Source of the DNA: an uncultured Candidatus Bathyarchaeia archaeon
Lineage (GTDB): Archaea; Thermoproteota; Bathyarchaeia; Bathyarchaeales; Bathycorpusculaceae
Direction: 5' to 3'
Assembly (NCBI GenBank): GCA_964483905.1
Contig: CAZADP010000001.1
Location: forward strand, 1 to 40,499
Length of the DNA stretch: 40,499 nucleotides
Notes under the pieces: generated by a model
Seen by the model: the letters and a program-made list of their open reading frames with translations, nothing else
Database searches by the model: none
What the model was told of the DNA's origin: nothing
In this document: in pieces, positions 6,313-13,369 of the stretch
How the letters are laid out: the number at the start of each line of letters is the position of its first letter
Numbering within the stretch: the stretch's first letter is position 1
Translations under genes and position numbers: made by a program

Positions 6313-9291
6313 ATGAGAATAGGTAAGTTTTCGTCAATAATGTGTTTACTTTTACTTGCAATCTCAACTCTAAACGTCCTCGTCAGATTGTCGGTGTCTG
6401 CATTGCCCTCATGGCCTACACCATGGATCCAAATCGACACTGACCCAAACGAGAACGGCCCTACCGACGATTGGCGAGACGTTCAATACGCTTACTTTCA
6501 ATTTGACAGCAACTACCTCTATCTGAAGCTCGAGTGTTATGACCTGCCTGGCAGCAAATGGGGAACAGGTCCTGGGGAGAAAAAAGCCCGATACAAATGG
6601 TTCATCGACCTCAACGGCGACATGTACTATCACGGTGGAAACTGCTACGATGCTGAATATCTTCTGTTCGTTGAGGATTACGACCACAATGGAGTCGGCG
6701 AAATGTACCTGCTATATGACACAGACCATGACGGCGATTTTAGCGAATATGAACCATGGGACAGCTTCGCCAACTACGCAAACTACAAGGTCACCGACCC
6801 TAATATCGGAGGCTGCAGAATAGTTGCTCCGTATCAGATAGAGATGTACATAGGCTGGGCTTCCATTGGAGATCCATCATCCTACTGGTTAATGTGGGCT
6901 ACAGACCAACAGAATCCTAACCTGGATCAAGCACCCACAACAGACCGTCCCGATGAAGAGGTTCGAATAGCCATTCATGACGTGGCTGCAATAAGCCAGA
7001 CCCCCGATCCAACAACCGTGACTCAAGGCGGCCACGTCACAATAGCCGTGGTGGTGGAGAATCAGGGCACACAGCAAGAAAACTTCGAGGTGACATGCTA
7101 TTTTGAAAACCTCGTGGACGGAATGGTCGGAACCTTGCCAGTTACCAACCTAGACGCTGGCCACTCGATAACACTATACTTCGTCTGGGACACGACGGGA
7201 ATACCCCCTAACACGTACACTATCAAGGCCTGGGCTGATTCTGGTTCGGATATAACCGAGACAGATGAAATGGACAACTGGTGCACCTCTCCAGCAAAGG
7301 TCATAATCGAAGCAGTGAAAGTTCACGACGTGGCTGCAACACAGCAAGATCCACACCCAACAAGCGTGGAGCAAGGCGACCCAGTCGACATAGACGTGAC
7401 AGTCGAGAACCTCGGCGATTTTACTGAGACATTTAATGTTACCTGCTGCTACGATGGTAACGAAATTGGCACGCAAAGAGTGACGCTTTCACCTGGAGTC
7501 TTAACGACGCTAACCTTCACTTGGGACACAACAGGAGTCCCTCCAAACCACATATACGACATAAAGGCGAAAGCTGACTCCAGCAACGAGATCACTGAAA
7601 GCAACGAAGGTAACAACGAATGCACCGCTGCGGCAAGGGTGACTGTTTACAAGCCAGGCTATCCTGGAGAATTGTCTGTGGACAAGGCAACGCCGCCAGC
7701 CTGGATCAGTGGTCCAGATCCGCCAGTGGTCGGCTTCACGACTGTTTATGAATTGACCATAACAGTCACGAATACAGGTGGCAGTGACGTTACTGGTGTC
7801 TGGGTCAATGACACAATTTCGTCAAGTGTTACCTTCGTAAGCTTAGGAACTCCAAGTCAAGGCACCGCACAATATGTTGCGCCCAAAATAAAATGGAACG
7901 TTGGCACTCTAAGCCCCGGAGTCAGTGCAACTTTGACCTTCCAAGTCAGCGTCACTCCTCTAGATCGAGGCATTGTGACCCTCAATTACGCTGTGGATCT
8001 CACTGCCTCTGGCACAGACACGTACACTGGCGACCCAGTTTCTGATACAGGCGACACAGACGTGGAAGTTACAGCCATAGTTCGCGACGTAGAAGCCATC
8101 AGCCAGATTCCCTCAGACACATCCGTAATTCAAGGCGACACAGTTACCATATACGTCACGGTCAGAAACAACGGTGACCAGGTCGAATCTTTCGACGTGA
8201 CTTGCTGCTACGACGGCACGCTCATTGGCACGATCCGAGTCTACAACCTCGGCCCAGCCGCGTCCACAATATTGCCCTTCGCGTGGGACACGACAGGGGT
8301 CACTCCGAAAGTATACGACATAAAGGCGAAAGCTGACTCCAGCGACGAGATTGCTGAGAGTAATGAAGGCAATAACATATGCACAAACCTCGCATCAGTA
8401 AAAATCGTGATACACGATGTGGGAGCGATAAGCCAGACTCCGACACCCGTAAGCGTCAAGAAGGGTGGAACAGTAACCATAGAAGTCGTAGTCGATAATC
8501 ATGGCAGCGAACCCGAAACTTTCGATGTTACTTGCTATTACGACAGCCAAATCGGAGTGCCGCAATCAGTAAGCCTTTTGGCCGGGCATTCCGCAACGCT
8601 GACGTTCTATTGGGACACGACGGGGATGGCGGATGGAGACTACTACATAAAAGCCGTGGCATCGACAGTCGCAGGTGAAAAACACACCGCCGACAACACC
8701 TGCACAAGCGAAGCGATCGTGCACATTTACACTCCAGCGCCAGGAGCATTGTGCGTGGACAAGGCAAAAACAGCCGTGATCAGCGGTCCAGATCCGCCTG
8801 AGGTCGGCAAAACGACTGTTTACGAGCTGACTATTACAGTCAAGAATACAGGAGGTAGCGACGTTACCGATATCTGGGTCCAAGACACAATTTCGTCAAG
8901 TGTCACCTACGTAAGCGTTGAGACTCCAAGCCATGGCACCGTAGCATATGTTGCGCCTAACATAGTATGGAACGTTGGCACTCTAGGCCCCGGAGTCAGC
9001 GCAACCCTCACCTTTAGAGTAAGCCTAACACCCACCACAGCCGGCCTAAAATACCTAAACCACAAAGAGGACCTATCAGCTTCCGGCCTAACCGATAGTA
9101 CAGCCGTTTCAGACAGTGGAGACACTGATGTGACTGTGGCAGCTATATCAGTGTGCCCAGCCGTAGGCGGAGAGTGGGTCCCAATAAATAAGTTACAGCT
9201 TCTGTCTCCTTTGGTAGGCTCGGCAACTTTGATGGCAGTAATCACAACATGCTTTGTCTACGTCAAACGCAAAAAGAAACAACAAAACTAA
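6313..9291 (+). CDS. Cell-surface protein: signal peptide, unassigned Asp/Trp-rich N-domain, [CARDB-CARDB-DUF11-like] x2, C-terminal WVPINK-type sorting signal with TM anchor
   Basis: The signal peptide is MRIGKFSSIMCLLLLAISTLNVLV. There are four CARDB units (HDVAA.SQ.P.P, FxVTCYY, TFxWDTTG, NNxC). There are two DUF11-like units (VYELTITV.NTGGSDVT..WV.DTISSSVT.V, W.VGTL.PGVSATLTF.VS.TP). The C-terminus is GGEWVPINKLQLLSPLVGSATLMAVITTCFVYVKRKKKQQN. Confidence 0.85.
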   Translation: MRIGKFSSIMCLLLLAISTLNVLVRLSVSALPSWPTPWIQIDTDPNENGPTDDWRDVQYAYFQFDSNYLYLKLECYDLPGSKWGTGPGEKKARYKWFIDLNGDMYYHGGNCYDAEYLLFVEDYDHNGVGEMYLLYDTDHDGDFSEYEPWDSFANYANYKVTDPNIGGCRIVAPYQIEMYIGWASIGDPSSYWLMWATDQQNPNLDQAPTTDRPDEEVRIAIHDVAAISQTPDPTTVTQGGHVTIAVVVENQGTQQENFEVTCYFENLVDGMVGTLPVTNLDAGHSITLYFVWDTTGIPPNTYTIKAWADSGSDITETDEMDNWCTSPAKVIIEAVKVHDVAATQQDPHPTSVEQGDPVDIDVTVENLGDFTETFNVTCCYDGNEIGTQRVTLSPGVLTTLTFTWDTTGVPPNHIYDIKAKADSSNEITESNEGNNECTAAARVTVYKPGYPGELSVDKATPPAWISGPDPPVVGFTTVYELTITVTNTGGSDVTGVWVNDTISSSVTFVSLGTPSQGTAQYVAPKIKWNVGTLSPGVSATLTFQVSVTPLDRGIVTLNYAVDLTASGTDTYTGDPVSDTGDTDVEVTAIVRDVEAISQIPSDTSVIQGDTVTIYVTVRNNGDQVESFDVTCCYDGTLIGTIRVYNLGPAASTILPFAWDTTGVTPKVYDIKAKADSSDEIAESNEGNNICTNLASVKIVIHDVGAISQTPTPVSVKKGGTVTIEVVVDNHGSEPETFDVTCYYDSQIGVPQSVSLLAGHSATLTFYWDTTGMADGDYYIKAVASTVAGEKHTADNTCTSEAIVHIYTPAPGALCVDKAKTAVISGPDPPEVGKTTVYELTITVKNTGGSDVTDIWVQDTISSSVTYVSVETPSHGTVAYVAPNIVWNVGTLGPGVSATLTFRVSLTPTTAGLKYLNHKEDLSASGLTDSTAVSDSGDTDVTVAAISVCPAVGGEWVPINKLQLLSPLVGSATLMAVITTCFVYVKRKKKQQN
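9154..9288 (+). other. C-terminal tripartite sorting-type signal: motif WVPINKLQLLSP, hydrophobic helix, KRKKKQQN tail
   Basis: The last 45 codons of the 6313..9291 gene carry this signal. A second copy of the same architecture (DVWVPINKFQLLAPW + helix + HRKKQ) is at 19963-20088. Confidence 0.65.
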
Positions 9292-9296
9292 GCGCT

Positions 9297-9332
9297 AATA
9301 GTACAGCGTTCCAGCGTCGTTTTAGCGTGTCA
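9297..9332. repeat. 36-nt exact repeat, copy 2
   Basis: It is identical to 5160..5195. It starts 6 nt after the stop codon of 6313..9291, in the 70-nt convergent gap before the minus-strand gene that ends at 9362. The 10-nt palindrome AGCGCGCGCT (9341-9350) follows it. Confidence 0.9.
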
Positions 9333-9361
9333 CACCCAGTAGCGCGCGCTGAGTTTTCAGA

Positions 9362-10693
9362 TTACTTAAGAAGATGGAAAATAATAAGGTATAGAGCGTA
9401 ACCTATCAGAATCAAGCCGCTGGCCGCTCTGATTTTAGATCGATGTCTATAAGTGCTCCTAGCTAGCTTTGAAATTGAACCAGCAAAAATTCCAATTCCA
9501 ATAAAAGGGATAACTGCGCCTACGCAAAACATCGAAAGATTGAAGAAAAGTGTTTCCGGAGACAGTAACGGCAGCATAGAAACGAAAATAGGCGCAATAC
9601 AAGGGTCAAGAAAATAGAAGATGAATCCAAGAAGAAAAAGCCCAACATATGTGATACCATATTTGCCGGCTAGCTTTCTGATTAAAGGTTTCAATTGTAA
9701 AGGCATTTTTTCGGACTGAATTTTGAATGCCCCCAACAAGTAAAATCCAAAAACTCCAGCGAAAATGCACACAGCCCAAGTGAGAGAGTATTGAAGCGTA
9801 GGCATGGAGAGGAAAACTAGGCCGAAGGCGATCGCAAGAAACAAGGTAGCAGATAAAAAGCCAGTTCCAAAAGTCATGACTTTTAAAAAGCTTTCTTTAA
9901 AGAAAGGTGTACTGCCTAAAGTGTAACTCAATAGGAACGATAGTAGGATGATTAAGCATGGAGAAAAAGTCTCAAAAAAGCCAAACGAAAGAGCAAGCGT
10001 AAGCATTGCAACAAGGTTTGAAGAGGACGAACTTGTAACCTCAACAAGGCCGTCATTATAAACATTGTTTACTAAGTTAGTTTCATTCGTAACAGGTTCT
10101 GCTTCAGATCTTATGCTGTATTTTCCTTGGGTTTGGTTGGTTGTGTCCCAATAAAACATCAGCGAAAGCTCTTGATCTGGGCTTATGCTCGTAACTAACT
10201 GCGCTCCAACCAGTGATTCGTTGCAGTATGTGCTTACCTTGATGAAACTTTCATTTTCGATTCCAACATTCTTGACAGTGACAGTGATGTTTATTTTTTC
10301 CCCAATCTTAACGATAGTGTGAGATAACGTAACCTTACCTATAGCAATGTCATGAACTGAACCATACAGATATGATTCGACGACTTTTCTAACATAGGTT
10401 TCATTGGCATATCCTAGAATCACTCTTTCGCCGTTTATTATGATAGCATTCCAATCCTCAAGCCCAATACCATATTTCGAAATTTTCTCTATTCCCTCTT
10501 TTGAATAAAAGTATATTCTTTTCACTGATGCGTTAGATTTATAATCTGATTCAATAGAATCTATTAATTGGCTGTTATGCACGTAAATATCATGTTGCTC
10601 CTGCATACTGGGACATGTTACACATGGTTCGTAAGAAAGGAACTCAATGAGAACAGGTTCTGTCGAATAGCCTACCTTAATGAGAAGAAACAA
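9362..10693 (-). CDS. Fusion protein: extracytoplasmic thioredoxin-like CxxC domain, CARDB, and a CcdA/DsbD-type thiol-disulfide transmembrane domain
   Basis: The CVTC motif is at aa 24-27. The CARDB unit reads HDIAIGKV...INITVTVKNVG...MFYWDTTN..G.Y. A 6-helix hydrophobic C-terminal half carries the two CcdA-type Pro-Cys motifs, FSPCLIIL (Cys246) and LDPCIAPIF (Cys365). The track start is TTG 10693, but the frame stays open upstream and encodes the missing signal-peptide n-region (see findings). The true start is possibly near 10738. Confidence 0.75.
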   Translation of the reverse strand: MFLLIKVGYSTEPVLIEFLSYEPCVTCPSMQEQHDIYVHNSQLIDSIESDYKSNASVKRIYFYSKEGIEKISKYGIGLEDWNAIIINGERVILGYANETYVRKVVESYLYGSVHDIAIGKVTLSHTIVKIGEKINITVTVKNVGIENESFIKVSTYCNESLVGAQLVTSISPDQELSLMFYWDTTNQTQGKYSIRSEAEPVTNETNLVNNVYNDGLVEVTSSSSSNLVAMLTLALSFGFFETFSPCLIILLSFLLSYTLGSTPFFKESFLKVMTFGTGFLSATLFLAIAFGLVFLSMPTLQYSLTWAVCIFAGVFGFYLLGAFKIQSEKMPLQLKPLIRKLAGKYGITYVGLFLLGFIFYFLDPCIAPIFVSMLPLLSPETLFFNLSMFCVGAVIPFIGIGIFAGSISKLARSTYRHRSKIRAASGLILIGYALYLIIFHLLK

Positions 10694-10867
10694 TAGAAGG
10701 ACAAGGAGTAAAAGTCGCCTAGTGTTTGCGTTTGATATTTTCTTCTCCCCTTTTTTCTCTATAGAAGAAATATTTTTGTGCCTATTATGTATTATTCCAG
10801 CGGACGCTTTTTTGGAAGAAGAATATTACCGAAAGTTAATTGTTTTTCCTAGCTTAAGCTATCATAG

Positions 10868-10896
10868 TAGAAGATTGTTCCAGAAAACTTAATAGT
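10868..10896 (+). promoter_or_regulatory. Copy 3 of the shared promoter cassette
   Basis: The sequence is TAGAAGATTGTTCCAGAAAACTTAATAGT. It sits 31 nt upstream of TTG 10928, and GGGGGT (10916-10921) is SD-like. Confidence 0.7.
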
Positions 10897-10927
10897 TTTC
10901 GAGATTAGTTTTTCTAGGGGGTAAAAG

Positions 10928-13300
10928 TTGAATAAAGGAGTTTTCATTGTTGTTATCTTGATCTTGTCGCTTTTCTGTTTACCTTTCATCGTATCGGCGG
11001 CTAGTTACACTAATGTTACGGTTTCAGAAGCAAATAATATGATTGATTCAAATCCATCTTTAGTAGTGTTGGATGTTAGAACTCAGAGTGAATATGATTC
11101 TGGGCACATTAGAAAAGCAAAATTGATTCCAGTCTCCGAATTGGGAGGGAGACTGAATGAGCTCGACAAATCTAGCGAAATCTTGGTGTATTGCAAGTCT
11201 GGAGCAAGAAGTGCTACAGCAAGTCAAATACTAGTGGACAATGGCTTTTTGCATGTTTATAACATGCTTGGAGGCGTAACAGCATGGATAAGTGCAGGAT
11301 ACCCTGTTTATGTCAAATACTCTTCAATCCAGGAAGCCATAAACAACGCAAGTGAAGGAAGCGCAATATTTGTTTCTTCAGGAATATACTACGAGCATTT
11401 GGTTGTGAACAAGACAATAGGATTAGTTGGAGAAGATTCCGAAAACACCATTGTTTATGGCGATGGAACGCAAACTGTTCTGAACCTAGCCTATCACCAT
11501 GCAAACGTTACAAGATTTAAGATCCAAAATGGAACCAAGGGCGTTTACATATTTAACAATGCTTACTCCTGCATCATAAATGATTGTAACATCATTAATA
11601 ATCGCATTGGCGTTTTCGTACAAGATTCTGATAGTAATTTGATAAAAGGGAACATCATCTTCAACAACAGCGAAATAGGCACCAAAATATTTTCCACTTG
11701 TGATTGCACACCTGTGTGGGAGAACACAGTTACAGATAATGAACTAGTAGGCAACAGTATTGGCCTTCTCATGGTTAATTCTCAGCTAGGAATGATCTAT
11801 CACAATAGCTTCATAGATAACGTGTTTCAAGCTTATGGCTCTGGAAACACCACTTGGGACAAGCCGGACAAGTGGGACAATGGCTATCCTTCTGGCGGAA
11901 ACTACTGGAACGACTATACAGGTGTGGACTTGTTTAGTGGTCCTGGACAAAATCTGGCCGGAAGCGATTTGATAGGCGATACGCAATATGTTATCAACAA
12001 AGACAACAAAGATAATTATCCTTTGATGGGTCTGTGGACTAGGGAAGGGAAGGATGTCACTGTCCTTTCATCTACCGAACTCACCCTTCTCTTCCAAAAG
12101 GTAACTTCGGCAGGTATAACAACCTTCAAGAAGAATGAAACCGGCCCAAATCCACCTTCAGGTTACAAACTGGCAGAAAAATACCACCATATTAGGACTA
12201 CGGCTGGCTATCACGGCAATATAAAGATCAAGATCAGTTACGAAGGCTTAAACATGACGCCAGAGGAAGAAGAAATGTCACGGTTAATGCAGTGGAATGA
12301 AACTTTACAGCAATGGGTGGATGTAACGACAAGCCGTGACACGCAGAAAAACTTGATTTTCGGGGAAACAAGCCATCTATCCATATTTGCACTATTTACG
12401 CCAACATCAATTCTGCACGAAATAGCCGTGACAAGGGTTGAACCTTCGCAAACTTTCATTGAGCAAGGTCTCTCATTGTTCATAAATGTCACTGTACAAA
12501 ACATGGGGAACTTTTCCGAACTTTTCAACTTAACCTCTTATTATGACTTAAACGTCATTGAAACAAAGTCAATGTCACTAGATATGGGCGCGTCAAAAAC
12601 TGTTGCTTTCGAATGGAATACAACAGGCGTGTCTTCAGGAGACTACGTGATAAGCGCTTATGCTTCGCCAGTTCCCGGTGAGACAAACATAACTGATAAT
12701 ACTAAAGCCGCTGATAGTTTGGTGACTGTGTCGTCTTTAGGGCATGATGTTGCTGCTGAGGAGCTTGTCATTTCCAAAACAGTTGTTGGGCGGGGATATT
12801 CTATGCTCATCAATGTGACCGCCAAGAATTTCGGAAATTTCACTGAAACTTTTAACGTTACAGTCTATGCAGACATAGGCAAAACAATAATTGGAGACGA
12901 AGTCACTGTTGGAGTGCAAGATGTTACTCTGACAATCGGAAGCTCTGCCAAGATTATCTTTCTATGGAACACAACCGGCACAGCCAAAGGCAACTACACT
13001 ATTTCAGCAGAAGCAGCCACTGTGCTGGGCGAAAAAGACACAAATAATAACATTTGCGTTGATAGTTGGGTAGTTGTTGCAATGGTCGGCGACATAACTG
13101 GTTCAAACGGCTTTCCAGACAATAAAGTTGACATGAGAGATGTTGCTGCGGTGGCAAAACTGTTCGGGATCACTAATCCTAATCCAAAATATGATCCTAA
13201 CTGTGACTTGACTGGTTTAATATCTGGCTTAGCTGATGGAAAAATTAACATGAAGGATGTGGCTGTCGTAGCCAAAGAGTTTGGAAAAACGGGCTCGTGA
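10928..13300 (+). CDS. Secreted rhodanese / NosD-like right-handed beta-helix / 2 CARDB / dockerin protein
   Basis: The signal peptide is MNKGVFIVVILILSLFCLPFIVSA. The rhodanese part is VVLDVRTQSEYDSGHI...ILVYCKSGARS (Cys codon 11192-11194). The beta-helix part is IQEAINNASEGSAIFVSSGIYYEHLVVNKTIGLVGE plus parallel-beta repeats and GGNYWNDYTG...IGDT.Y...N.DNYPLMG. The dockerin is GDITGSNGFPDNKVDMRDV...CDLTGLISGLADGKINMKDV. The start is TTG with an SD. Confidence 0.85.
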   Translation: MNKGVFIVVILILSLFCLPFIVSAASYTNVTVSEANNMIDSNPSLVVLDVRTQSEYDSGHIRKAKLIPVSELGGRLNELDKSSEILVYCKSGARSATASQILVDNGFLHVYNMLGGVTAWISAGYPVYVKYSSIQEAINNASEGSAIFVSSGIYYEHLVVNKTIGLVGEDSENTIVYGDGTQTVLNLAYHHANVTRFKIQNGTKGVYIFNNAYSCIINDCNIINNRIGVFVQDSDSNLIKGNIIFNNSEIGTKIFSTCDCTPVWENTVTDNELVGNSIGLLMVNSQLGMIYHNSFIDNVFQAYGSGNTTWDKPDKWDNGYPSGGNYWNDYTGVDLFSGPGQNLAGSDLIGDTQYVINKDNKDNYPLMGLWTREGKDVTVLSSTELTLLFQKVTSAGITTFKKNETGPNPPSGYKLAEKYHHIRTTAGYHGNIKIKISYEGLNMTPEEEEMSRLMQWNETLQQWVDVTTSRDTQKNLIFGETSHLSIFALFTPTSILHEIAVTRVEPSQTFIEQGLSLFINVTVQNMGNFSELFNLTSYYDLNVIETKSMSLDMGASKTVAFEWNTTGVSSGDYVISAYASPVPGETNITDNTKAADSLVTVSSLGHDVAAEELVISKTVVGRGYSMLINVTAKNFGNFTETFNVTVYADIGKTIIGDEVTVGVQDVTLTIGSSAKIIFLWNTTGTAKGNYTISAEAATVLGEKDTNNNICVDSWVVVAMVGDITGSNGFPDNKVDMRDVAAVAKLFGITNPNPKYDPNCDLTGLISGLADGKINMKDVAVVAKEFGKTGS

Positions 13301-13369
13301 GTCTTCTTTGTATATGCTTTCGTAAATGTTATTTGTTGCTATGACAGTTAGAAAGGTAGGAGAGAGGAG

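Noticed and set aside
5160-9332. The 36-nt exact repeat has the length of a CRISPR repeat.
   Set aside because: There are only two copies, 4.1 kb apart, and large protein genes lie between them. There is no repeat-spacer array, no leader and no cas genes in the window.
10762-10803. A partial extra cassette in the divergent gap (TAGAAGAAATATTTTTGTGCC ... ATTATTCCAGCGG).
   Set aside because: The 5' word and the core are split by ~20 nt and there is no TATA-like end in register. It is possibly a decayed duplicate and is not supportable as a site.
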